Shown: in pieces, positions 50,208 to 63,179 of the stretch
Position numbering within the stretch: the first letter of the stretch is position 1
Layout of the letters: every line of letters starts with the position of its first letter
Source of the DNA: Malacoraja senta
Lineage: Eukaryota
DNA: 64,000 bases
Assembly (NCBI GenBank): GCA_038087875.1
Contig: CM075991.1
Location: 4,588,001-4,652,000, forward strand
Direction of reading: 5' to 3'
The notes under the pieces: model-generated
Seen by the model: the letters and a program-made list of their open reading frames with translations, nothing else
What the model was told of the DNA's origin: nothing
Database searches by the model: none
Translations under genes and position numbers: made by a program

Positions 50208-53200
50208 TAACTCTGGCACTTTGTGCTTTGCTCAACATTCCAACATGTGCATTTCTAGTGTCTCCAACTTCGAGATGGATATATGTTCAAGAGTTTAGGA
50301 GATAGAGCTGCCATTACCAGACATTTGACAACTGAAATGTTGCAAGATGATATTATCAACAGAAAGTATGTAAATGTACCATCAGGATAATTTACAGTAG
50401 ATGATTAACCTACATATTAGCTTGTTTATGGGATGTGGGAGGAAGCAGAGTGGAACATTGTGTACAGATCTAATTGCCACACTACAGGAAGAATCTGGTA
50501 ACAATAGAGAGTGCAGAAGACATTCATCAGAATGTTACCTGGAATAGAGGGCTGCATTTATTCTCACGGGAATGTCGCAGACAGAGGGGTAACTATAAAG
50601 AGGTTTCTACAATTATGTGGGGGTGCCTAGGATAGACAGTCTTTTTCATCAGGGCAGGGGAGTCTAAAACTAGAGGGAACAGATTTAAGGCGAAAGGGTA
50701 CAAATTTAAAGGAAGATTCTCACAGAGAGGGTGGTAGTTATCTGGATCGAGCTGCCAAAGGAGGTAGTTGAGATAGATACAATTACATTTAAAAGGCATT
50801 TGGACAGGTACAGATAGGAATGGCATAGTGGCTCTAATGACTATAATGGCTCTAATCGAGGCTAATTAAGTTGGTGTAGATAGCCATTGTAGTCAGCATG
50901 GACGAGTTGGGCCAAAATGGCCCATTTCTGGCCGAACAATTCTATGATTCTATACCTGGGAAAATCTGGGTGGCTCATGGGGACAGCCTGCAAACTCCAC
51001 ATAGACAGCAGCAAAGGCCAGAATTGATCCTGGATTACTGAATCTATGAAGCAGCTGCCTTATCAATGTGATTCCCTTGACTGTATATCCTTGACCTTGC
51101 TTTCTTTGGCCAGGGTCTTGCCAGATTGAACTTTTGCCGACTTGCATGACGAGAGGTATATATTTCAATGCTGTTCATGCAACTGGTTCAAAACAAATTC
51201 ATCCTTGTGGTGGAACAATGAATCTGGATCTCCAAAGGACAACATCGTTCTGGGTGGTTAATGTTACTTAGACAGACACAAAGTGCTGGAGCAACTCAGC
51301 GGGTCAGGCAGCATCTCTGGAGAAAAAGGATGGATGACGTTTCAGGTCGGGACCCCTCTTCAGACTCTATCTATCAGTGTCCAATCACACTTTCTTGCTC
51401 TTTCCCATAAGCACTGTGTAATATTCCTCTCAGTATTTATCCAATTCAGTTTTGTCAGTTAATATTAAATCGTCATCTATCAGTGTCCAGTCTAAAGCAC
51501 AACTCTGCTTATAAGAATGCAAAGATTACGTTTTCACTTCTTCCTTTGCTTGACAAAATAGAGTACTTGCTTCAGCAATGCCATGACATAATTAATTCCC
51601 TACTACAACAGCTGAATTTAAATACTGCAAGGCTTTGAATGATCTGTATGAATGAAGTCCACATTTGTATTCAGCCTTTACACAGCAATTCGTGAACCTG
51701 GTGACTGACAGACTTGACAGCCTCAACCTCCACCCCCACAAGTGGGTTCCAGGCACTCACCATCCTCTGAGTGAAACAGTTGCCCTGCACATCTCCTTTA
51801 AACTTTCCCCTCTCACCTTAAACCCACGTCCTCTGGTATTTGATTTTTCCATCATGGGAAAAACATTCTGACTGTCATACCTATCTATGCCTCATAATTT
51901 TGTATAGTTCTATCAGGATTCCACGCAATCTCCTGCGTTCCAGAAAAAAACAACCCAAACCTATCCAACTCCCTTTTGCTAATATCTGCTAATCCAAGCA
52001 TCATTCTGGTAAATCTCCTCTGCACCCTTTTGTAAAATCTACACATTCTTCCTGCAATGGGACATCAAAATCTTTAGTTTAGTTTACAGAGGTACAGTGA
52101 ATAGCTTTTTTGTTGTGTCCTAATCAGTCAGCGGAAAGACTATACATGATTAAGCCGCCCATAGATACAGGATCAAGGGAATAACCACTGATGCAAAATT
52201 CTGATTAAAGATAGTCTGAGGGACTCCAATAAATAGATAGTAGCACAGGACCGCTTTCTAGTTGGTGATCGGATGGTTCACTTGCCTGATAAAAGCTGTG
52301 AAGAAACTGTCCCAGAATATGGAGGTGTGCATTTTCACACTTCTGTACCTCTTGCCTGATGGGAGAGGGGAGAAGAGGGAATGTCCAGGGTGAGACTGGC
52401 CTTGATTATGCTACACAAAATACTCCAAATGCGGCCTAACCAAAGTCTTATAAGCTGCATCATGACTTCCTGTTTCATATACTCAATGCCCTGTCCTTTG
52501 AAATCATGAAAACTAAATGCCTTCTTGCACAGTCTATCTATTCTAGTGTCTGAAGAAGGGTTTCGGCCCGAAACGTTGCCTGTTTCCTTCGCTCCATAGA
52601 TGCTGCTGCACCCGCTGAGTTTCTCCACCATTTTTGTGTACCTATCTATTCTATCTACTTGTGTTACACTTTCAGGTTGATGACCTTCATCAGCAAGGAA
52701 GAAATTGGAATAAAGAGAACAAAAGAACAAAAAACAATAGGGCAGGCACAAAGAGAAGAATAAAGCTTGTTAAGTGTAAATTATCTTTCTGTAGGAGATG
52801 TGATAGTGTTGAATCCATTCAATAGATTATGCTGACCTTTGATGGAATGGTAGAAGAGGCTAAAGATGGAGAAATCAGAGCGGGAGTGAATGAAAAATTA
52901 AAGTGCTGGGCAACTCAAAGACTGGATGCAAAGCAGTCACTTACTCTGAATTTATAAACAAATCTGCAAACACTAAATTGGACAATGGGCAAGAGAATCT
53001 TTACTCTGTGCGCTTACCCAATCTATTCCTCTCACAATTTTGTACACTTTTATAAAATCACCCTCCTGCGCTCCAAGGAATAGAGTGCAGGCCTGCTCAA
53101 CCACTCCCCATAGCTCAGGCCCTTGAGTTCTGGCAACAATGAGAGGTGTTAAAGACCTCTGCAAAGCAGTTGTCAGTTTGCCAAAAAAACACCACCACTG

Positions 53201-53566
53201 TCAGTGGGCTTGGTGATCAGCTTTGGAAGGTGCAGCAAGTTCAAAGGCTGGCAGGTTACAAATACAAATAAAAAATAAAAAAAATAAAATAGAAATTGAC
53301 ATGGTCAAACATCACATCGACAATTAGTGATAAATAGATCCAGTGTGGGTAGGAACCCAGAAGGAGGAGTCCAGGTTGACGGTAAATTCTGAACATGGGA
53401 GAAATGATTCATAGACTGAGAAGAAAATTCCTGGCACAAGACATAGGCCTGGAGATAAAGACATACTGTGGTGAGAGAAAGAAAGGGAGACCTATGTGGA
53501 CCTATTGTTGAGGATCGGAAAGGGAAACAGAAAATAAAGTGAAAATATTGCAAGTTTAATAACTGG

Positions 53567-53937
53567 ATTCAAGAGAGTTTATTGTCATGTGTCCCTGATA
53601 GGACAATGAAATTCTAGCTTTGCTTCAGCACAACAGAACATAGTAGGCATGACTACAGAACAGATCAGTGTCCATATACCATTATATAAATATATAAACA
53701 CATGAATAAATAAACTGATAAAGTGCAAATAACAGATAATGGGCTATTAATGTTCAGAGTTTTGTCCGAGCCAAGTTTAATAGCCTGATGGCTGTGGGGA
53801 AGTAGCTATTCCTGAACCTGGGCGTTGCAGTCTTCAGGCTCCTGTACCTTCTACCTGAAGGTAGCGGGGAGATGATTGAGTGGCCAGGATGGTGTGGGTC
53901 CTTGATGATACTGACAGCCTTTTTGAGGCAGCGACTG
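53567..53937 (-). mobile_element. Rex1-like 3' end
   Basis: Minus strand ..IIKDPHHPGHS....LPSGRRYRSL..T.RFRNSYFPTAIRLLN. Related decayed copies at about 196-470, 30180-30480, 52073-52410 and 59830-60065. Confidence 0.75.
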
Positions 53938-54865
53938 AATCTGAGTCAAGTTCAGAGCAAATTGAAGCCTGGTGAGTTGGGAGGGGGGGAGGGGGGGAGG
54001 GGGGGAGGGGGGGAGGGAAAGAATAAGACTGGAGAAGTATTAACATTCAAAAGTTGTTGGTTTACAGTGATTTATGCCTGAAAACAAAGAAATGAAAAAG
54101 TCTTCTGATGAAGTACTGAAAATAGTTTTGAGCTGGAGTGCATCGATGCTGTTGGTGAGGGAGTTGAAGTGCATGGCTGTCCTGATGAATATGTATCTCT
54201 GCATGAAATGCAGTCAGTGATTCAAAAGAGACTAAATAGATTCAACATGTCTGTATTCATTAAATATTTAGGATGGAGTTTCACTTGGAATGTAACCGAG
54301 AAAATTAGTTTTGATAAACTTCTTATAAGAAACAAAAAGGAAATAGGGAGTGACAGGATAAAATAGGTGAAGGAGAAAGCAAAGGAATCTCTTCAAAGTG
54401 GGCATTCCTGGAGGATAAATGGCAGTGAATTCAATAGTAATAAAAAGGTAAATTAAAGGTCCAGATATTGCAAATAAACAGAAAATGGTGGAAATACCCA
54501 GCAGATCAGGCAGCGCCTACGGAGGGGAAAATGGGGGTTAATATTACAGGTAAGAGATGTTTCATTTCAAATAACTTCTCAAACCTGCAGGCGAGTGGAT
54601 CGTGGGGGTGAATCATAGGAATGCCTGTGAATGGCTGGGGACAAATGGAAACTGCGAAGCAAATGATGGTGCTGCCAGCTGAGAAAGGGTGGTTCAATGC
54701 AAATGATCTGTCTGGACAAAATGTACCGGTAAATATAAAGTGTTGAATGCGAGTAGAGGAAGAAATAATTGTGGAAACTATGAGATGGAAAACACTGCCA
54801 TTGTTCAACATCTGAAATTAAAGGGAATTGTGGAAAGGATAAAATGGTGTCAAGGGGAACAAGGA

Positions 54866-55325
54866 CATGGCAGACCAATTGAATAATTACTTTGGTTCTG
54901 TCTTCACTAAGGAAGTCATAAATAATCTGCCGGAAATAGCAAGGGACCGGGGGTTAAATGAGATGGAGGAACTGAGTGAAATCCAGGTTAGCCGGGAAGT
55001 GGTGTTAGGTAAATTGAATGGATTAAAGGCCGATAAATCCCCAGGGCCGGATAAGTTGCATCCCAGAGTACTTAAGGAACTAGCCGCAGAAATAGTGGAT
55101 GTATTAGTGATATTTTTCAAAACTCTTTAGATTCTGGAGTAGTTCCTGAGGACTGGAGGGTAGCTAATGTAACCCCACTTTTTTAAAAGGGAGGGAGATG
55201 GAGAGAAGGCAGGGATGGGATACTGAGTTGGATGATCTGCCATGATCATATCAAATGGTGGTGCAGGCTCGAAGGGCCGAATGGCCTACTCCTGCACCTA
55301 TTTTCTATGTTTCTATGTTTCTATG
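54866..55325 (+). mobile_element. Internally deleted CR1-type LINE
   Basis: LNNYFGSVFT..KSPGPDKLHPRVLKE..PEDWRVANVTPLF*KG joined directly to the 3'UTR and (CTATGTTT)3 tail. Confidence 0.85.
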
Positions 55326-58300
55326 TGTCTCCACTCACACCTGAGATAGTTTCTCAGGCTGCTGGTGCTTGATGCATGCATAGATGTAAATAATTCCCCC
55401 AAAGTTTCTGATCTTCTATCTGTAGGTAGTGGACTATTAAGAGGCACAAGGTTAATTTAGTCATTGTTTGACACGCTTCCAGGATAGATTCATTCTTAGA
55501 AGAATACGTTGGAATGCTTAACAAATCTACCTCAAATAATGTTATGCAGCAGTAGCCCATTGATTCGTGGATAATCCTTGCAGTTCTACGCCTGGAGTTT
55601 ATTATTTGTAGATGTGAAGTAACTATCTTTCACAATGACTCAAATAGACACGCTGCGGTCCTTTGAATAGCTGCAGCAATGCGACAATATTCTTGCTCCA
55701 AGGAAGGTTGCTGACTAGGTATGCAATAACCATCGCTATTTAATTAGAAGGAAACACACACATTCTGTTTGGGTCCAGTTGGGAGAAGGTCCAGCTTTGC
55801 ATTATTCCTGCTGCTAACTTGCCAGAAGAGAATTTTGTTAAGGTACTGAATTTCCATTGTTGAAAATTAATCTATTGCTGGGGTTGTGAATATAATTTTG
55901 AATCCATTAATGGTATGTGATAACACTGTGGTCAATTTGCGATGGCCATTTACTGAACAATTTATACTTAAGTCAAAATGAAATAACATTATCTATTGAT
56001 TGACTCCTTTGTGTCAACTGAGATATAAATGCAAGCCCTTACCCTGAAAAATAAACCAGAATTGTGCACACTTGGCATTATAAATGCTGAGATGAGCATT
56101 CCAATATAAAAACCACAAACTTAGCAATATCTATTTCCAAGAAAGAGTACGCTGGTGTAAAATTAAGATGATAAACATTGGGGGAACATGCAGATGTTAT
56201 GGATGGGTCTGGGCTCAAAAACACTGCAAACTACATCGCCCAACCACTTGACTCCATCCGCCAATTCACCCCATTACCACTCCACCCACCCCTCACAGTC
56301 CAAGCTATCTGACTCAAAGCATCCAGTGTTTCTTGCCTGCAGTTTTCATGATAATATGAATACTCCACCATCCTATTTCTTGAGTGGTCATGGTGAAGTT
56401 ATTCCTCAGTGCTTCTTCCCATCACAAACAAAATTCATCACATCTGGTAAAATTCAATGCATTGCTGGTTGAAAGCTCAGTGCCTAGCTACTAACCTGTC
56501 ATACCATCCTCCAATAAAAAATATATTTTTTTACAAAAAAGAAAATAAAGAGCATCAATAGAGACAAAAGTTGTGGAGAAATGTTCTGAAAGCCATATAT
56601 TGATACATAGTGAGTTTTGATCTTACCCAGTAAAGTTCAATCAGAATGGGAACAAATATTTTCCTACAGCAGAGAGGGGGAACTAGCAGGTGAGTTAACG
56701 TAGTTCATATCCTACATCAAGTTCCGGACACATGGGAAAACAAATAGGCTTACCTCCCACAGAACACTTAAATTACTACTAAAAATAGACCATATTGGTA
56801 TTATAGCAGTAATAATACTTTAAATGTTAGCTTTTCTGCAGTTAGTATTTGTGGTTATAACTGTGTTTGTGTTGTAAATTCAGTGAAGAACTATAAGCGT
56901 TAAAGCAAGGCAAGTATAGATTAAGAAAATAATCAACTGTAATGCAGTGTCCCTTCTTATGTTTGGTGAATTAGAAAGAGCCATATGAAAGATCAAATTC
57001 CATGTGTCCATCTGTTACCTGCTTGACAGAAATGACTTTTGCTGAGCCATCATTTGAAGAGTTACCAATGCCAACCATCCAGCCCATAGCCTCCTCATGG
57101 CATTGCAGGATATTTGACCTCGTAGCCTTCCTTCAATGTCAGTTTCTATCAAGCGGTCACTTCCATATGGTTCACCCGGCACTTACCATTTCTTTGACTT
57201 CTTCATAGCAATTTCTAGTGGTAGGTTGCAATCAGTATCTATTATAAACAAAAGATAGACACAAAAAGCTGGAGTAACACAGCGAGTCAGGCTGCATCTG
57301 TGGAGCAAAGGAATAGGTGACATTTCGGGTCGAGACACTTCATCAGATATTATAAACACTTGGATTCTGACTGCTGTTTTATCAAACTTCCTCCTCACCC
57401 CCCCCCCCCCTGCTTCCTCTTGTCATAAGATTATTTTAGGAATTGTGGACCACATTGTAATACCATGATACATTATTGTGTCAGTCTTTAGTGTTTAGCT
57501 GAAAGTTACCACCTTCAATAAAGGGTGTTCTGTTGATAGCTCTATTTGTTTATGCAAGCAGTAATAGAAAAGATCCTTCAGACACTCCACTGGCATTAAG
57601 TGCGGGATTTGCTGCATGAGGGAGTAGTAAGATAATGATCAACTGGCAAAGAAAAATAAAGAATGGGATTTGTTACAGAAAACTGATGATGGTAGCTAAT
57701 TTGTCAGATACATCAGTGAGTTGAGACATAGGAGCAGACTTAGCCAATAGGCCTCTATATGAAACAAGTAGAAATATTCCATTATCAATGTCCAGGGTGA
57801 GGACATAGAAGAGAGGAACATGATCTTATGATGAGAGGGCTGAATATATGATACATTGGTGATTCTGCTAGTGCCAGAGATCAACATCAATGTCTTAAAT
57901 ACAATCATAATTAAATAATTTAAGGGGTATTTTGGTTCACAATCAGAGATAGAGAGAGCTGCAAGTTTGATACTTGTAAATGATTGATTAAAACATAGTC
58001 AGGCAAAATACACTAGCAATCAAAGAACAGTTCCAGAACGTTTTCTGTGAAAATTGGCTAAACTACTTAATAGGGATGACTTAACTCTTGAGGGACTATA
58101 TTGTATGACCACCAGTGTGGAGATTAAGAATATGAGCCACATTCAGGCACTCCACTGGCATTGAGTGCGGGATGAACAAATAAAACAAAATGTCATCAAC
58201 AGTATTGTTCTTTGTCTACAGTGATAGATCATGCATTCACAGGAATTGACGGGTTTTGAAATACTATAGTCACAAGCTCTCTAATGAAAGGAATAGCCAC

Positions 58301-59010
58301 AGAGTGCTGCTCCACAGACTGGACAATAAACGCATCAGACATAGATGGTTTTATTTGCTACTGTGAGCACTGGGCCACAACACTGTGAGGATAACAACAT
58401 TTAGGATAAATTCTATCCAGAAATTTGTATGAGAGTCGATCACTTGTTAATAGGTCACAACTTGTGTGGTCACTCATTCAGCCTAACTCCAATGGTAAGC
58501 TGCAGTATTCAGGTAGGTTTTGGAGACACCCCCGGCTTGGTTTGCGAACAGTTCTGACCAAAACCACAAGTAATCATGGAGATCAGTCCGGTCAGCTAGC
58601 TTTAATCTCATAAATTTCTGTAAAATCTTTGCTAAGGTTCCTCACAAGAGATTCGTAGAGGGCACACTACTGGAGGAAGTTTATTGATAGCAACAAGGAA
58701 TAGCAGATGCTGGTTTACACAAAGTGCCGGAATAACTCCGTGGCTCAGGCAGCATCTCTGGAGAACATGGATAGGTGAGATTTCAGGTCGGGAACCTTCT
58801 TCGGACATTTTGTAGTTTATTGTTTTAAAAAAAAAACATTGCAGGAACAAAGATATCAGGATAGAGCCATTTTTGTTATCATTGGTGGAACGCAACAAGA
58901 ATCACTGTTGGGTTTCAACTGGTATTTGGTATTGGTTTATTATTATCATGTGTACTGAGTTACAGTGAAAAGCATTTGTTTGTGTGCTGTCCTATTAAAT
59001 CAGACCTTAA

Positions 59011-59695
59011 AGGGCCTGTCCCACTAACGTGTCCTTGGCACGCAAATTATGTGACCTCGTGGTCGCGTTGAGGTGCACGGGCATCGTATGGCCGCGTGGG
59101 GACAGTCCCACTGAGAAACGTGGAGGGGTATGTAGTTGTGCGCGACATCGCGCGGGGCTCCGAAATTTTTGTAGCGAACGAAATCTTCGCGCGCCAACAG
59201 CCTGTCGCGGAACTGACGGCCAAAGTGGGACAGGCCCAAGAACCTGGCGCGACGCAACGTCTCACCTCTAACAGCAGCAGAAGCAGGCAAACGATCGCCG
59301 AGCTCGGCCTGGGGCTCACGGCCGTTGCGGTCCGGATCCGCCCCTACTTCTACTCCCAGAGCGGGGCCAAGAAAATTGAAGATAGACACAAAATACAGGA
59401 GTAACTCAGCGGGACCCGCAGCATCTCTGGAGAGAAGCAATGGGTGACGTTTCGGGTCAAGACCCTTCTTTCAGACTGAAGAAGGGTCTCGACAAGAAAC
59501 ATCACCCATTACTTCTCTCCAGAGATACTGCCGGTCCCGTTGAGTTACTCCAGCACTTTGTGTCCATCTTCAAATGACGTCACGCACTCCAGACGACTGT
59601 GCGGTCGAATGAAGTCGTGCGGGACCGTCGCAGCTCAAAGCGACCACGAGGTCGCGTAATTTGCGTGCCAAGGACATGCAAGTGGGACAGGCCCT
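59011..59695. mobile_element. PIF/Harbinger-type composite MITE (family F)
   Basis: ~56-bp TIRs starting AGGGCCTGTCCCACT; TAA TSD; internal extra TIR-like motifs and a palindromic short repeat at ~59379-59571. Confidence 0.85.
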
Positions 59696-61594
59696 TAAGT
59701 AAAACAGGCTGTACAAAAAAATATATAATTTCCAGCCTTGTAGCTTTGCAGAATATAATTTACAGCCAAGTAGCTTTGCAGTTCCAGGGAAAAGTTCAAT
59801 GTCCACAGTGAGGTCAGTTAGAAGATTAGGGCTACACCCTAGCTTATGGAAGGACTGTTCAGTGGACTGATAACAGAGGGAAAGAAGCTGTTTTTGGTGT
59901 GTGCTTTCAACCTTTTGTATCTTCTGAGGGAAGAAGAGGGATTGACTGGAGTGAGAAAAGGTTTTTGATTATGTTGGCCACTTTCCCAAGGCAGCGTGGT
60001 GTAGATGGATTCAATGATAGTCAATGTGATGGACTGGGCTACGTCCACAACTGCAATTTCTTGCAATGATTACCAACTGACAATCAGCGTTAAGACGACT
60101 GTTGTCCTGGGTCAGGGCACTCTACTCCCCCCCTGAAATCATCCTAAGCACCACTCTGCTGGAAATTTCTGTCAGTAACAGAGGGAGAAAAGTAGTGCAG
60201 CAGTTCCTCATTTTAAATAACAGCCCTTATAAAGAATTCATATGACTGTGTAACCATGTTTCTTGGCTGCTCACTGCAGCAGACCAGAATGAAATGCTTT
60301 GTTTTTTTTTCTTGCGGCTATGATTTTATAGATTTGGAAGTGTTTAGTGGTCAGATTTATTGCTGTTACTTAACCCATGGTAATTTTTCTTGCTCCTTTT
60401 CTCCTCTTGCTTCCCACTCTTCAAAAACTGTTGACTCCTTTTTAATGTATAGTTCCAAGGGCACTGTGCAATCTCCGCTTTCTTTCTCAAAGGGGGATTA
60501 TTTATTTAAGCACCTTGAGAACATCAGATTATTTAATTATGTAACGAGAAGGAGCAGGATAACTTGTTCCTTTTAACCTCCCCGCTCAACAAATTCTTCT
60601 TCTTGTGTAAGCCTGGATTGTCTGACTGGCAATAATCCAACAACAAAGACAGAACTAGCTATCACTGTGAGGCGGCTCCAAATGATGGGTTCATGTGTGG
60701 ACACTTGAAACTTTGATACAATAACTGAAGGCAAACTACCCTCTAAGAGAAGAAAGAAAACTGTCCCATCACTGTCTTAAAGGCAACCTCTTACAATCAC
60801 CTTGTAGATTCTTCTACAAGAGGAAGCATCCTCTACACACCGACTGTGTCAAGTCCCTTTAGGATCTTACATGATTCAATTAAGTTCCTCTCACTCATTT
60901 GAACTCAGAGGGGACAAATCTATTTTGTTTGATCTTTCCTCAAAAGACATCTTATTCTGGGCATGTCCAATTAACCTTCTCTGAACTGCTTATCATCTTT
61001 TGTTAAATGAAGAGACAAATACTGCACACACTTCTCCAGATGCAGTCACACCAAAGGTGTTCATTTTCAGCTCTTTATCGCAGATGTCCAACATATGTAT
61101 TTTTAATCCTTTTAGTCATTACTTCACAGTTACTGCTGCCAAATTATAATCATAATTGGTAATTACATCCAATAAATACTTAAAGCATCTTTCCAACATT
61201 TATCCGTTTCCAGTCAAAATCCAGATATTATGTTTATTTAAATTGGTTTAAGGTTTTTCCTTCGTGAGTAATGCAGTCTTGTGAACATGAATTTATTCAT
61301 TCATAATAAAAATAACAATAATAATTTCACTGTTGAGATTTATCTATTGAGTATTTAGAAGGCAGAGGTAGAAAGATTGCCGTAAGTACACGGGAATATG
61401 GAGTTGAAGTTACAATCAGCTGAGCCATGATCTTAGTAAAAGCTGAGAAACTATACTCCTGCCCTTAGTTGTTATATGTGCAGCATGACAACAAAAGAAA
61501 AGGCAAAATTAATATTTTAGATTGGCTCATTGTGAAGAAAGCAATTTCTGGTGGAAATAATAATCCTTATTTTTCTCATTTGCTATATAGAATT

Positions 61595-61734
61595 AATGTT
61601 TTATTATTATTAATGTTTAGTGTTTTCAGAGTCATTCGTAACTGTCACTGTATGTCATGTTGTTACTTGTGGGTGGAGCACCAAGGCAAATTCCTTGTAT
61701 GTGAATACTTGGCCAATAAACTTACTTACTTACT
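61595..61734 (+). mobile_element. Rex1-like 3' end with (CTTA)n tail
   Basis: CAAGGCAAATTCCTTGTATGTG..TTGGCCAATAAA(CTTA)4; TAGAATT duplicated 61588-61594 / 61735-61741. Confidence 0.7.
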
Positions 61735-62538
61735 TAGAATTGCTACATAGTTATTTATTTCATAATTTTTATTTTAAACTTATTGGATTAGCAAGAAATT
61801 TGGGTTCAGATTCTGCCATATGTTTGCAGTAATCTGCAAACAAAACACAATGTGCTGGAGGAACTCAGCAAGCCAGGCAGCATCTGGGGAGGGAATGGTG
61901 ACATCATGGGTTGGGACCAGTAGTCTGCAAGATGTTTTATTGCTTGTTATTAAATATTGATAAACATTCTCAATGCCTCCAACCGCTTACTGGATGTTAG
62001 TCCATCTTCAGGGGTATTGAATCTTCACTACTTGTCCTTCATAGTTTCCTCAGATTTAGCACAATTGGCCAAAATGAAGCTTTCTTGGAACAAACAGAAG
62101 AATAAATTACTTTTACGTGAAAAAAAATTCAACATAAATGTAGTAATTTATATTAATCTGAACAACATAATCAGCAGAGAAAATTATGTTATATGTGGGA
62201 ATGTAAAGCAGATTAATTTTCATTTTCACTGTGGATTAAATACCTCAGATGCAGTATGTCAAAGGCAGATGCTGTGCACAGCTCCTCTGGCGTTGCCCTG
62301 ACAACCCAGATTTTTGTTTTAAGACATGCAAATATATTTTTAGTAACTGAACTCATACTTTAGGTTGCTTGGAATCAAGCTCAGAAACAGATCAAATGAC
62401 AACACTTGTTGACTTGATCAGTTTCCCTTCTAATTTGTCAAATGGGAAATAGTAGGGCTTTGCTGCAGAAAACAACATTGTTGCTTTTGGTCACGGAAAA
62501 AGGTAGAGACCGAGTTGGTTATAATATCAATCGTGTTA

Positions 62539-62920
62539 AGGGCCTGTCCCACTTTCCCGAGTTAATCACGAATTCTCTCAAGTTTTCCCCTTGATTCAAA
62601 CTCGCAGACTGTTCGTAACGGGTCCATAGGAGGCCGTAGAAGTCCGTAGATATATCGTAGCGGCTCGTTATGCCAGCCGTAGGTACTCGGGACGTTTATT
62701 CCAGCCTGATAAAAATTGCACGAGTAAAAAAAGTCGGGAGGATGCCCCGAGTTGCTACGGCTGGCATAACGAGCCGCTACGATTATATCTACGGACTCCT
62801 ACAGCCTCCTACGGACCCGTTACGAACATTCTGAGAGTTTGAATCAAGGGGAAAACTCGGGAGAACTCGTGAATAACTCAGGAAAATTCGTCAAAATCTC
62901 AGGAAAGTGGGACAGGCCCT
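62539..62920. mobile_element. PIF/Harbinger-type MITE (family A), almost entirely palindromic
   Basis: Same TIR as 5998-6300; TTA TSD; inverted arms extend ~150 bp. Confidence 0.9.
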
Positions 62921-63179
62921 TTAGCTTATAAAAGTTGGAGTTTCAGTTTTCCCTGGAGGCAGAATCTGAAATTACCCATACTTTTCGTGGCAGCACATTG
63001 GTCAAAATTTCTGTTACCAAGTCATTAAAACAAAGTTCTTCAATAGTTGCTCCATACTTATAAATCTACTGCAACCAAGGACTGCACCCATGTGGTTTGT
63101 CAAAGTTCCCAAAGATGGGCTTCACTTCCTCAGAGGTAGTGCATACATATACAACAAACTGAGATAGAATTAAGTTTGA

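Noticed and set aside
49535..50305. Overlapping 100-190 aa ORFs and CpG island suggesting a gene start
   Set aside because: Almost entirely inside nested MITEs with TIRs and TSDs; no protein motifs.
56670..56689. Possible 20-nt plus-strand micro-exon (ttttcctacag...CAG|GTGAGT) of a divergent neighbouring gene
   Set aside because: Splice-like signals only; no partner exons or recognisable protein found in 29-64 kb.
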